DNA of 64,000 bases from Octopus vulgaris (lineage: Eukaryota). Under the pieces are notes generated by a model. That model was not told where the DNA came from, made no database searches, and worked only from the letters and a program-made list of their open reading frames with translations. The DNA is taken from positions 17,360,001-17,424,000 of the forward strand of contig OX597833.1 in assembly GCA_951406725.2 (NCBI GenBank), in the 5' to 3' direction. A program made the translations under genes and the position numbers. Below are positions 46,037 through 59,253 of the stretch, piece by piece (position 1 is the stretch's first letter; each line of letters opens with the position of its first letter).

Positions 46037-49000
46037 TCACGAGCAGGCTGTCCGATTCATCGGATCAACTGGCACCTTCTTCGTCGTAACCGACGGAGTG
46101 CCATTTCACTACTGAATTATAGAGAAAGAACTGAGTACATCTTAGGCATACTCGATAGCAAAAATAACAAATTCACAAGATCAGGTGAAGAATTTCTGAA
46201 CAGGCTCCATGAATTTACAGCTGTTCCATGTAAGCTAACAATAGTTTAACTAACCTACTTAAATAGAAAGTTGTGGGTGAAGTATTCATTATATCAGCCG
46301 AAAGTTACGCATGAATACATATTCTGTAAGCAAGAGAATACCAATAACTTTGACAGGAATAGCAACCTCTCCTGGACTTGCGATAAATGCATTCATCTCA
46401 CCTAGAAAACTAGGCTTACGCTATCTAGGAACAGGTGACAGCAACCAAATACCTGATCAACAAGGGAGATAAAGATGGCGCTAGTAGACCTTCACGTGGT
46501 TATAGAAAATGTCGATTGCGGAAAATGAATGTAAACGATGTACGTGTACACACACATCGTTTAATATTATATATGATACTATCTTATAGTAAATGATATT
46601 TATCTCTCACTGGATGGTGTAAATTTTTGTTGATCTCACTGATAATAGAACCATAAATTACACACACACACACACAGAAAGAGAGGGAGAGAAAGAGAAA
46701 GAGAGAGAGATCTAAGCAGCAATAAATCTTTCTAATTTTGGCACAAGTCTAGCGATTTTAGCAAGAGAGGCATAGTAGATTATATCAGCCCCAATACCTG
46801 GCTGGTTCTTTATTTTCATCGATGACAAAAGGATAAAAAGCAAAGTTAACCTCAACGGTATTTGAACTCAGAACTAACGGAAACGTCGCTTAGCATTTTG
46901 TTTGACGCGTTATCGATCCCGCCAATTCATCACCGCAGCACTACGTAACAACAATAACAGCTAATATGAACTGTGGCCAACACAGAATTACAGTTCGTTC
47001 ATATAAACACAAGTAACCTCCTGGTAATATATTTGAATTAATAAAGGCAGCGAGCTGGTAGAATTGTTAGCAGGCCCGGCAAAATGGTAAGCATTTTGCT
47101 CGTCTTTACGTCTTGAGTTCAAATTCAGCCGAAGTCACCTTTGCCTTTCACCCTTACCGCAATCTATAAAATAAGTACCAGTTGAACACTGGGGTCGATG
47201 TAAGCGACTTACTCCTCTTCCACGAAATTGCTGACCTTGTGTCGTAATTTGAAATCAGTATTAGTCCTAACGAAGGCGGCAATCAGACAGAATCGTTAGC
47301 ATGCCAGGCAAAATGCTTAGCGATATTTCGTTCGTCTTTACGTTTTGAGATCAAACTCCGTCGAAGCCGACTTTGTCTTTCGCCCTTTCGGGGTCGATAA
47401 AATAAGTACCAGTTGAACACTGGGGTCGATGTAATCGACTTAATCCGTTTGTCTGTCCTTGTTTGTCTCCTCTTGTTTAACCCCTTGTGGGCAATAAAGA
47501 AATAAGAATGAGGGCACCAAATTTTTAGAGTGATATGGCTCTTAATTCACAAGTGTTTGCAGTGGTAGAGTGAAAAGGGGAATCAAAACAACAGTGATTC
47601 TGTAAATTTCTCTATAAATTAGAAATAACCTCTTAGAATATCAACGAAAGCACTTAGACTTCGTTAATTTAAATATACACGAGAGACTACTTGTGTTTAT
47701 ATAAAGGAACTTCAGTTCTGTTTCTTGGCCATTGTTCATATTGCTTTAAAATGTTGGCGCTAGGCCACAATTTCGGGGAATTGAGCTAGTCGGTTACAGC
47801 GACCCCAGGGTTCAACTGGTACTTATTTTATCGACCCCGAATGGATGAAAGGCAAAGTCGACCTCGGCGGAATTTGAACTCAGAACGTAAAGGCAGACGA
47901 AATACCTATTCCTTTATTGCCCACAAGGGGCTAAACATAGAGGTGACAAACAAGGACAGACATAGGGATTAAGTCGATTACATTGATCCCAGTGCGTAAC
48001 TGTTACTTTATTTATCGACCCCGAAAGGATGAAAGGCAAAGACGACCTCGGCGGAATTTGAACTCAGAATATCAACAATTAATAAACCAAAAAATAAATT
48101 CAAATTTTTAATAATGAAACAAAACTAACAATAAGATGGGAAACAACGTTTATTTTTTGTGTACTCCTACTTTATTTATATTTCTAATTTTCTCCTGCTT
48201 TTGTTTTTTCTTTGTATTTTTATTTACTCTTTTTCTCTTTTAATCTTTTACTTGTTTCAGTCATTTGACTGCGGTCATGCTGGAGCACCGCCTTTAGTCG
48301 AGAAAATCGATCCCAGAACGTATTCTTTGTAAGCCTAGTACTTATTTTATCGGTCTCTTTTGCCGAACCGCTAAGTTACGAGGACGTAAACACACCAGCA
48401 TCGGTTGTCAAGCGATGGCGGGGGGGGGGACAAACATAGACACACAAACACATACACACATATACACACATATACACACACATACACACATATATTTATA
48501 TACATATATACAACGGGCTTCTTTCAGTGTCCATTTACCAAATCCACTGACAAGGCTTTGGTCGGCCCGAGGCTATAGAAGAAGACAGTTGCCCAAGGTG
48601 CCACGCAGTGGGACTGAACTCGGAACCATGTGATTGGTAAACAAGCTACTTACCACACAGCCACTCCTAAATAACAAAGGTTTAATCAGATTCTTATTAT
48701 GACACCATGAACCCTTCGAAATTATATTTCCGATCATATAGACCACTTCGAATATTACTTTACTCTTTTACTCTTTTACTTGTTTCAGTCATTTGACTGC
48801 GGCCATGCTGGAGCACCGCCTTTAGTCGAGCAAATCGACCCCAGGACTTATTCTTTGTAAGCCTAGTATTTATTCTATCGGTCTCTTTTGCCGAGCCGCT
48901 AAGTTTCCGTCTACCAAATCCACTCACAAGGCTTTGGTCGGCCCAAGGCTGTAGTAGAAGACGTAAACACACCAGCGTCGGTTTTCAAGCGATGTTGGTG

Positions 49001-49380
49001 GGACAAACACAGACACACAAACACTCACATATATATACATATACATATATACGATAGGCTTCTTTCAGTTTCCTTGTACCAAATCCACTGACAAGGCTTT
49101 GGTCGGCCCGAGGCTATAGTAGAAGACACTTGCCCAAGGTGTCACGCACTGGGGCTGAATCCGGAACCATGTGGTCGGTAAGCAAGCTACTTACCACACA
49201 GCCACTCCTGCGCCTATAGCAATTTTAAAGCGATTTCTTTTGTGTCGTAAACCATTTACCATTTCTGTGGTGCCCTGCCTTCCCTTGATGCCCTATGCAC
49301 GTGGTGCCACAACCACCACGTGCTTAGGGCATCATGATGATGTAGTGTGATGTAGTAAGAAAAAGCAAACGACTACCTAC

Positions 49381-49551
49381 CTTCTAAGTACTGAATGCAG
49401 TCGGCACCTGCAGAGTAGTTACCAGGATAGTTGGGACTGTAAAACTCCATAGTGTTTCGGTTACCATGAGTGAAATTCCAACAGCTTGGTGATATAAAAT
49501 CTGATGATAATGGCGGAGGTTTAAAAACTACTGGCACCGAATCGGGATCAT
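49381..49551 (-). CDS. Neto: Internal coding exon of a Neto-like (neuropilin and tolloid-like) gene; N-terminal part of the first CUB domain
   Basis: Minus-strand acceptor TATTTTCAG|AT and donor GAAG|GTAGGT; 171 nt, phase 1-1. Encodes DPDSVPVVFKPPPLSSDFISPSCWNFTHGNRNTMEFYSPNYPGNYSAGADCIQYLE, with the CUB start motif C...F.SPNYP..Y....C. Joins in frame to the exon at 15015-14761. Confidence 0.85.
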
Positions 49552-50817
49552 CTGAAAATATAAAGGATTTAAGTGTCAAAGAAATGCAAGTAAAAGAGAA
49601 GAAATGTTGTTTGTTCCTTTACCATTTTGGCTTTGATGCTTGTATTATCCTGAAGATACATATAGATTAACAGATCAACAGATTTAGATAAATGAAACGG
49701 ATGTAAAGAAGCAAAATTTTTTTCTATATTGCTTTTAAAATTTTGGCACAAGGCCAGTAAGTTCGGAAGTGGAGAGAAATCAATTACAACAACCCCAGTG
49801 CACAACTGGTACTTAGTATTTCGATATAAATTAGGGATGACAGGCACGGTCAACGTTGGTGGAATTTGAACTCAGAACGTTAAAACGGTTGAAATGCCGC
49901 TAAGCATTTTGCCAGTTCGCAGCTCTGAAAGTTTTCTTTGCAAATTGTTTTCAAATTTTGGTACAAGGCCAGCAATTTCGAGAGCTGGTTGGCGAGCAAG
50001 AGAATGTGGCTGTGTGGTATCTTGCTTACCAGCCACATGGTTCTGGGTTCAGTCCCACAGCGTGACACCTTGGGCAAGTGTCTTCTACTATAGCCTGGGG
50101 CCAACCAAAGCCTTGTGAGTGGATTTAGTAGATGGAAACTGTCGTATATAGTCCGTCGTATACATGTATAGGTATATATATATATATATTTCTTTACTAC
50201 CCACAAGGGGCTAAACACAGAGGGGACAAACAAGGACAGACAAAGCGATTAAGTCGATTCCATCGACCCCAGTGCGTAACTGGTACTTAATTTATCGACC
50301 CCGAAAGGATGAAAGGCAAAGTCGACCTCGGCGGAATTTGAACTCAGAACGTAACGGCAGACGAAATACGGCTACGCATTTCGCCCGGCGTGCTACCGTT
50401 TCTGCCAGCTCGCATATATATATATACGTATGGGGTCAAAAAGTGTGTTTGTGTCTCTGTGTTTGTCCCCTAACATCGCTTGACAACTGATGCTGGTGTG
50501 TTTACGTCCTCGTAACAAAGCCGGTCGGCAAAAGCGACCGATAGAATAAGTCATGGGCTTACAAAAAATAAGTCCTGGGCTCGATTTGCTCGACTAAAGG
50601 CAGTGCTCCAGCATGACCACAGTCACATGACTGAAACAAGTAAAAGAGTGAGGTAAATCTAAAATCTCTAAGGTGTGCCCCAGGATGGCTGCAGTCCAAT
50701 GATTGAAACCAGTAAAAGATAAATGATAACACCTTTCCTGTTTTGCTAATGTAAAGAAACATATAAAGGATTAGTCACTCTCTCTCTCTCACTGACACAC
50801 ATACACACACACACAAA

Positions 50818-50886
<69 letters not shown>

Positions 50887-51221
50887 TCACACACAGTCAC
50901 AAAAAAAATATACTCCAAGCGTGCCATCGTACTTATGCATTAACTGATATAAATAAACGTAAATTTGTAATGTGAAAAAAGTTAGTTACGTCCTGGTGGG
51001 AAAAGAACCCCGCACCCATTCAGGGAATAATAAATAAACAATGTTCGTGTTACATATACAAGTGTAATGTATTAGATTATTGAGCTAGCTTGGTAGATAG
51101 TCTGATAGAGCGGAAGGCGGAAACGACGGACGGACGGATGCGAATAGGTAGATAGATAGACAGACAGGCAGACAGACTTGCAGACAGACAGATAGATAGA
51201 CAGACAGATAGATAGACGGAC

Positions 51222-51276
<55 letters not shown>

Positions 51277-51297
51277 CAGACAGATAGATAGACAGAC

Positions 51298-51344
<47 letters not shown>

Positions 51345-51345
51345 C

Positions 51346-51408
<63 letters not shown>

Positions 51409-51420
51409 CAAACAGGCATA

Positions 51421-51793
51421 CACTACCGTCAGAAATTAATTAGCACCCTTGATTTGCTCTTCACTCAAGGTATGTGCTGTCACCTAGTGGCCATATCTCG
51501 AACTATTGCTTTGTTGCGAGTTCACTGTTGCGCAGAACGATGACGTAACTTTGCAGAGCAGTTTGAGAGTCTACAGCCTTATGATGTTGACATAGCAGTG
51601 CAACAACTTGGAGTGCGGATGCATACAAATCTTCCTTTGTTTAATAGATATAGGTAGCGCCTCGCAAGGACCGAAATCACACCATACTAAGTTTTCTCAT
51701 CGCGTAAGACGTTTTGAACAGCTCATAGGTTAATTGATTTAACCTATTTAATATAGAAATTTGAGAAGTGCTAATTAATTTCTGACGCAAGTG
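51421..51793. mobile_element. Tc1-like MITE
   Basis: TIRs ta|cactaccgtcagaaattaattagcac and gtgctaattaatttctgacgcaagtg|ta. Confidence 0.8.
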
Positions 51794-52012
51794 TATATAC
51801 ATTTTTCATAGTTTTAATATATTTTTTAATATTGTGTTTGGCAGTTTACTTTTATATAATGGTGAATTCAAAATAACCCATTATTAGATTAGCAAGAACA
51901 GGGGCTGCTTTCGTTCCCATCGCAATTCCACATTTTGACGATAGTAGATATAATCAAATAGGAAACAATTGTTCTGAAGAATAGATTTTAAAGATTCAAT
52001 GATAAAGACCTG

Positions 52013-52304
52013 ATTATTGGTTTCCTTCGATGTCACCAATCTTTACACCAACATCCCACATGACAATGGAATAAAAGCAATCAAATTTCTGGTTGGAAAA
52101 GTATCCCAAAGTTCTTCCTGAACGCATAAATCTAGTCTTTATTATTGAATCTTATACAATAATTTTGAATCTTATACAATAAATTGAACTAATACTGCCC
52201 CTGTTCTTGCGAACTTAATAATGGGTTATTTTAAATTCACCTTATATGAAATGTCACTGCAAAAATATGGCTATCCATTTCACTATTATATAAGAGAAAA
52301 CTGA
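52013..52304 (+). pseudogene. Decayed fragment of a different PLE reverse transcriptase
   Basis: Translates LLVSFDVTNLYTNIPHDNGIKAIKF / WLEKYPKVLPERINLVFIIES / TAPVLANLIMGYF, with a frameshift and an internal deletion. Confidence 0.7.
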
Positions 52305-52495
52305 CAAACACAATATAAAATATATTTTAAAATATATTAAAACTATGTAAAATGTGTGCATTTTCCTCCTTTAATTTCTTATATATATATTACAATTCAC
52401 CATGTGGGGGGGATAATGGCCAGACGTCAGCTGAGAGCAAATCAAAACCATGAATTCCAAGATTTAATGTTTCTTGAAACCCTTTCTGTTACTTT

Positions 52496-52579
<84 letters not shown>

Positions 52580-52601
52580 ATGAGTGTGTGTGTGAGTGTG
52601 T

Positions 52602-52935
52602 GAAGGCGCATGGCTCAGTGGTTAGAGCATCGAACTTAGGACTGTGAGGTTGTGAGTTCGAATCCCGGACCGGGCTGCGTGTGGTGTTCTTGAGCAAGGC
52701 ACTTTATTTCACGTTGCTCCAGTTTACTCAGCCGTAGAAATGTGTTGCGACGTCACATGTACCAAGCTGTATCGGCCCCTTTGCCTTTCCCTTGGATAAG
52801 ATCGGTGGCGTGGAGAGGGGAGGCTTGTATGCATGGGCGACAACTGGCCTTCTACAAACAACGTTGCCCGGACTTGTGCCTCGGAGGGTAACTATCTAGG
52901 TGCAATCCCATAGTCATTCGTGACCGAAGGGGGTC

Positions 52936-52938
<3 letters not shown>
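52602..52938 (+). mobile_element. tRNA-derived SINE family D
   Basis: Head gaaggcgcatggctcagtggttagagc...gagttcgaatccc. Inverted homologue at about 2527-2860, with fragments at about 28065-28275 and 33280-33460. Confidence 0.8.
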
Positions 52939-52977
<39 letters not shown>

Positions 52978-53039
52978 TTTACTCTGCTATGTATTGAGTA
53001 CCTTATTTACTGTGGTTAACCCCGACTCAACCCGGGACC

Positions 53040-53083
<44 letters not shown>

Positions 53084-53249
53084 AATGAGATAGGGGTTGA
53101 AAATTCAACCCACCATGGGATAATATATATCCAATATACTGCTAGATAGGTACCCAACAAAATTAATACATAGATGTTAAAAATTGTCAAGCAATCAGTT
53201 CATCTATTGTATTAAATGGGTAAAGGTAATAATATTACCGTAAATTAAT

Positions 53250-54220
53250 ACTACAAAATTAGAGAATGGAGAAACATACTTAAATCAGTAAAACATCAAC
53301 TATCCGATGATACCCAATCCATACTTTAATACACCATTACATATGAGTAAAGGCAATATATAAAATGAAATGAGATATACAGTAATAGTAAAAGTAAAAA
53401 GATAAAGAGATATAAGTAAAAAATTTCAAATATAATATGCAAATAAATCAAAACTGACAGCTGTTTCGGCAGTGAGGACAGTCATACCTCATTTAACCTA
53501 TAAGCCATAAAGGCAGGTATAAATGAGGCATTAACAAGGATGCCCCACGGCCTCTTCAGAGAATTAAATTAAATTTGTTATAATAGTGAAAAATATTATA
53601 TAATCATATACATATAAATATAAAAATATAAAAATGTAAAATATAAAAACTTATACATCATAATGCTACACTTATATAATATAATACACATTTGTACAAA
53701 AAGGAAGGTAAACAGAACAAAATAAAACAAAATATATAACAGTGTATATATTAATATTAATAAGTACCGATATTATACATATTTGGCTAATAGTTTTTTT
53801 TATATAAAAAAAAAAAAAAAAAAAAGGGCTAACACATATGGAGATGAAAAATAATAATTAAATCCGTGGTACAGTTCATAAAATTCTAAAGCTATAAAAG
53901 TTAATAAAAATTACTATTAATAATAATAATAATAATAAAAATAATAATAATAAAAAAATACTAAAAATAGATACAGTTAAGTTAGCACCAAGTCCATCCT
54001 TTCAAGATCGAAATAACTATGAGTTAAGAAATGCTGACCACTAGGTAAAGAAAATTTAGATTAATTCGATTGGCTATTGGTTTGAAATTTAAATCACAAA
54101 AGAAAATTATACGGTTGGTTAGTCAAGGAACGCCAATATTCACACACGCATCTACAGATCAATCGCACATACACACATAGTTACATGTATATACATATAT
54201 ACACATATATACACATATAC

Positions 54221-54251
<31 letters not shown>

Positions 54252-54286
54252 CATACACATACATACACATACATACACATACACAT

Positions 54287-54337
<51 letters not shown>

Positions 54338-54692
54338 CACATACACATATATATATATATATACACATACATACACTTATACACATACATATTCACAAGC
54401 AACAACTAGCACTTAGATAAACAAAAAAGGGAAGCAACTATGCTAACATTTAGTCCTTCAAAATTATAACTGAGCCTCAATAACAAAAAAAGAACCATCC
54501 ATGCCTTCTATAAAATATTTAATTTAGATATAAATATATTTAAATATCAGTATGTTACTAATTCAGATAATTATTTCATGGGTAACTTAAAATTTATAAC
54601 ACCGGTTTGTTACAGAGTAAACATACGGTTGTTAGGTTTATCGTAAGTTTGTTATGATTTTAAGTACGCTAAATTATAAAATATAAAATATA
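53250..54692 (-). repeat. Left arm of about 1.44-kb inverted repeat (inverted pseudo-LTR of the PLE)
   Basis: Reverse complement of 58795-60224. The differences I could see by eye are homopolymer or microsatellite length changes. Confidence 0.95.
53454..53561 (-). ncRNA. Second copy of the same hammerhead motif, on the minus strand
   Basis: Plus-strand ctgacagctgtttcggc...gcctcttcagag is the reverse complement of 59913-60020. Confidence 0.7.
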
Positions 54693-54795
54693 CTGGTGTA
54701 ATATAAGCATCCATTTATTGATTTAAATATTAATAGTGCATGTGAATACACCCTAGTGTAGTATATTTGTTCCTTTGATCATTACTGCTAGAAGA

Positions 54796-56361
54796 ATGGA
54801 GAAAATACTGATCAATTCATCAATGAAGGATGTACCTATCCCTACCAAAGACCATTACACTAAAGAACTAATTTATAGAATGAATGAATTCATCCATAGG
54901 ATCAGATGGAGGATTTTCCACCATGAGAACTATAATAATAAAATAAACCAACAACACACTGGGGAAACGATCCGTAATGGAATTGGAAGCACCTATGAAG
55001 AAATATTAAAACTAACAGGCACTACATTTAAATCTAGAAAGTCTCCTCCACCAAATATACATCTAGACAATTTTGAACAAGAACTATGGGAGACTGTAAA
55101 AAACATAAAATTTAGAAATCATCCTTTAAGATATAACCCGCACCAAAGAGAATTGAAAGACTTAATTAGAACTCTCAAAGGTAAGAGCGGCATTCTAACA
55201 CATTCTGACAAAACCAACAACATCTACAACATTGACATTACTGCATATCATGATCTTCTACACAAGGAAATAACCAAGAAATACAAAGTAGTACCTTCTA
55301 GTACACTTAGAAAACTGAACCTGGAGATCAGAGAAATCATATTTGACTACTACCTAGAAGAAAAAACGGAACCCTACACCCCATCCAGACCGAGAATTAC
55401 ACTAAAGGATCATAAAGAGAATTTTCTTGGAAACACACAGGTCAGATTAATTTGCCCCACTAAATCTGACTTAGGCAGACTAAGTAAACTCATTCTAGAT
55501 AAATATCTACCCACCATCCGCAATAAAATCAAACTAAACCTTTGGAAGAATACTCAGGGTGCTTTGGATTGGTTTTCTACCATTAAGGTCTGTGACAGTA
55601 ACAACTTTAGCTATAATAGAAATAAATTTATACAATTCGATATACAGAATTATTACAATTCAATTAACCCTATTATATTAAATAAGTCCTTAATTTTTGC
55701 TAGAAAACACACTAAATTAAGTATGGGGGAGATTAAGGTTATACTAACAGCCAGGAAAACTTTAATAGAGTTTGATAATAAACTTTGGGCTAGAAAGGAC
55801 ACACCCAACTTGTTCGATATCACAATGGGATCGCCGGACTCAGCGGAGGTGACTGATCTAGTTGGGATGTATCTATTAGATAACTTTAGTAGGGAATTCC
55901 CTGAATTAAAAGGTGGATTATACAGGGATGACGCCTTATTTTGTGTTAGGAATACATCAAATAGGAGATTAGATCTTCTGAAAAAAAGAATAAATAAATT
56001 TTTTAAAAGCTTCGGCCTATCCATTATCATTGAAAGTGAAAATTATTCTGCTAATTATTTAGATGTTAATTGTAACATTACTAATGGTTTACATGAACCC
56101 TATATTAAACCTAATTCTAACCTAATATACATTAACCGTTCTAGTAATCACCCCCCTCAAATTAAAAATGCACTAGTGCGTAGCATTAGTCAGAGAATTT
56201 CTAGTTTATCCTCAAACGAGGAAATTTTTAACAAACACTGTGATAGATACAATGTAGCATTACTTAAGGCAGGATATAAAAGTAAGATTTGGTTTATACC
56301 TAAGGGGAACCCCCTAATGGAGGTAGAACTATCAGGAACAACACAAATAGATTTAGGATAA
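54796..56361 (+). CDS. PLE reverse transcriptase (N-terminal, RT core and thumb); probably continues through a 1-nt frameshift near 56304-56314
   Basis: Motifs SMKDVPIP, DKTNNIY, ITLKDHKENF..VRLICPTKSDLG, FIQFDIQNYYNSI, ITMGSPDSAEVTDLVG, GLYRDDAL (catalytic YxDD), NYLDV, PYIKP..YINRSSNHPP. First in-frame ATG at 54796. Confidence 0.9.
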   Translation: MEKILINSSMKDVPIPTKDHYTKELIYRMNEFIHRIRWRIFHHENYNNKINQQHTGETIRNGIGSTYEEILKLTGTTFKSRKSPPPNIHLDNFEQELWETVKNIKFRNHPLRYNPHQRELKDLIRTLKGKSGILTHSDKTNNIYNIDITAYHDLLHKEITKKYKVVPSSTLRKLNLEIREIIFDYYLEEKTEPYTPSRPRITLKDHKENFLGNTQVRLICPTKSDLGRLSKLILDKYLPTIRNKIKLNLWKNTQGALDWFSTIKVCDSNNFSYNRNKFIQFDIQNYYNSINPIILNKSLIFARKHTKLSMGEIKVILTARKTLIEFDNKLWARKDTPNLFDITMGSPDSAEVTDLVGMYLLDNFSREFPELKGGLYRDDALFCVRNTSNRRLDLLKKRINKFFKSFGLSIIIESENYSANYLDVNCNITNGLHEPYIKPNSNLIYINRSSNHPPQIKNALVRSISQRISSLSSNEEIFNKHCDRYNVALLKAGYKSKIWFIPKGNPLMEVELSGTTQIDLG

Positions 56362-57637
56362 TCAACAATTTACATAAGAATAGTAAAAATAGAATATATG
56401 ATAACACCTATAATAAATGTAGAAGTGACGTTAACCTTGGAAAGGTGAACGGTAGCTCAAATGGATCTAAGCATACGGGTAATAGTAGTAATATTAATAA
56501 TAATATACGAATTATAACTTATGGTAGACATGATAATGGTAAAGTTTACTTGCGCAATAACCATGGTAATATTGATATAGATAGATATAATAATAACAGT
56601 GGTAAGAATAGTAATCCTATGAGTTGGTCTACGAATAGGATTTTTACAAATAACATTAATTCTATTGGCAATCCTAATTCTGATAAGGATACTCTTTGGT
56701 TGATTATCCCGTATGCAATGCAGATTAAAACAAACATAGTGAGAGCTTTGCATAATGTTATTTTTAGGCATTTTGGTAAGGATAGGAATAAATTTAGTCC
56801 TTTAATTAACAACGGTACTGTTAGAGTGGGATATAGCATTACTCATAATCTAGCCACCATTATCTCCTCTTTTAATAACAAGAAACTGGATCACTTCTAT
56901 AAGGATAGAAAATTGAATTTAGACCAGGAAAACTTGCCCCTCTTCATTAATAATAGGAATAGAAATTTTCTTGGAACAAATGGGAACAACCTCCTTACTA
57001 ATAATGAGTGCACCATACCTGTCAGAGATAATATAAATGTAATAGATCATACTACTACTACCAATACTAGTACTAGTGATAGGAATATAGCCGATAATGT
57101 GAAATTAACTCATTCGTTGATTTTGGGTTTGGATGATGATAACAATTGTAACACTTATAATGTGAATAGTAGTATAGGGGTGGTGTCCAATCTTAGATTT
57201 CCTCATTCTGTTAATCTTTGTAATTGCAGAAATAAAAATAAATGTGTATTTGGTAATCAATGCCTCAGGAAGGAGGTAGTTTACCAATGCACTGTAGATA
57301 CACAATTGAGTAGTAGGGTGTATATCGGGGCAACTATGAATAGCATAAAACAAAGATGGAATTATCACAGATATACTTTTAGGAATAAAAATAGAATGTA
57401 CTCTACAGGGCTAAGTGCATACATTTGGGAACTTAAAAGTAAGAACTTAGATTTTAGATTAAACTGGAAAATACTAACTTCAGCACCTGTGTATAATGGA
57501 AAAAATAAAAATGCTCTCTATGTATTAATGAAATTTTCTTCATTATTAAAGCGGGTCGGCAAATTATTAACAACATTAATGAGAAAAACTTATTTTGTAT
57601 TCATAGGCTACCGTTCACCTTTTCTAGATTCAAATAG
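56304..57637 (+). CDS. PLE linker and GIY-YIG endonuclease (continuation of the RT ORF; second 1-nt frameshift near 57511)
   Basis: This frame is open from 56304. It contains LWLIIPY..IKTNI..RHF, then CNCRNKNKCVFGNQCL, VVYQ...VYIGAT, KQRWNYH, STGLSAYIWELK and WKIL. Shifting frame in the A-run near 57507-57511 gives KCSLCINE...NNINEKNLFCIHR...FK* (TAG 57635-57637), a Cys/His-bearing C-terminus typical of PLE endonucleases. Confidence 0.85.
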
Positions 57638-58794
57638 AACTTAGCACTTCCACTATTATTAATTTTTTAATTCCCTTCTTTAACTAAATATACCTGTGGT
57701 CTTCTATAATTCTAAAATATACAATTTATAAATTTCATAATTTTATAATTTTTATAGCTACATTTGTATAATAATTAATGGATTGTGTCTAGTATTATTG
57801 GTTTCTTGGTTTTTGTATGTGGGTTTTTGTTTGTTTTTTTTAAGAGAAATGCAATATGACATAAAATAACATATTCATTTTGGTATTTGCCTTGTAATGT
57901 GTGATTTTTGAAGTTTTCCAATATTGCATAGTATATTGCATAGTATATATGTATATCTTGGTTAGATACCTAGCTCTAGATAATGTAATGATATTGTATA
58001 ATATGTAATATATGAGAGCCTTTTGTGAGTTTGGTGGGTTTAGGTTGAGATTATAGGTTTTTTGTATGTGTTTATTTGGAAGGTTTTTATTATATATTTG
58101 GTCTTTTTTGTACTCACCTTAATTTGTATCTTATGCTATTCACTGATAAACCTTTTTCATTTTTTTTCATTTTCTCATTTACATGCATTTTGCTTTATAA
58201 TTATTACCAGCCTCATATATTTAGTTTATATCTATAGTCCTCTGGATTTGTACTTTAAACTATCCTTCCATACATATTTACTTTCAACAATATAAAATAT
58301 ATATATTCACTTTATTTATTTTTATTTATTTCCCATTTTATTGTAATATTATCAATCTTTGCATCTAGTCTTCTATTCATTTATTTATTTGCCTATTTAA
58401 GTGTAGATGTTTACATACATATCAAGTCATCTAATTTGTTACCTATTTATTTTTTACTTATTTACTTATACTGGTGTAGTTTTATACATACATATCTATC
58501 ATTTATTTTTATTTAATTTTAATAATATATGAATACATATATACTAGTTTGTACTTATAATTATGTGTATAACCGTATTTATTCCTTCGTATTTATTCCT
58601 TTTTATTTATTTTATCTCTTTTCATCTTAAGTCTTTATAATATAAAATTTATTTAAAATTTCTGTGATGTTCTCATAAACGTTTACATTAATACTTCCCC
58701 TTCTATTCTTTAATGCCTAAACTGGTATATTATGGCACTATATTTATTAAGTTAATAAGTGACTTATTTATAATGTTTAAATTAATATATATCT

Positions 58795-59152
58795 TATATT
58801 TTATATTTTATAATTTAGCGTACTTAAAATCATAACAAACTTACGATAAACCTAACAACCGTATGTTTACTCTGTAACAAACCGGTGTTATAAATTTTAA
58901 GTTACCCATGAAATAATTATCTGAATTAGTAACATACTGATATTTAAATATATTTATATCTAAATTAAATATTTTATAGAAGGCATGGATGGTTCTTTTT
59001 TTGTTATTGAGGCTCAGTTATAATTTTGAAGGACTAAATGTTAGCATAGTTGCTTCCTTTTTTGTTTATCTAAGTGCTAGTTGTTGCTTGTGAATATGTA
59101 TGTGTATAAGTGTATGTATGTGTATATATATATATATATGTGTATGTGTATG

Positions 59153-59187
<35 letters not shown>

Positions 59188-59222
59188 ATGTGTATGTGTA
59201 TGTATGTGTATGTATGTGTATG

Positions 59223-59253
<31 letters not shown>

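Noticed and set aside
55653-57368. Antisense ORFs over the PLE
   Set aside because: Shadow ORFs of the coding strand with no recognisable motifs.
54796-57637. Naiad/Chlamys-type or selenoprotein-encoding PLE
   Set aside because: The endonuclease is C-terminal, not N-terminal, and there is no in-frame TGA in the repaired ORF.
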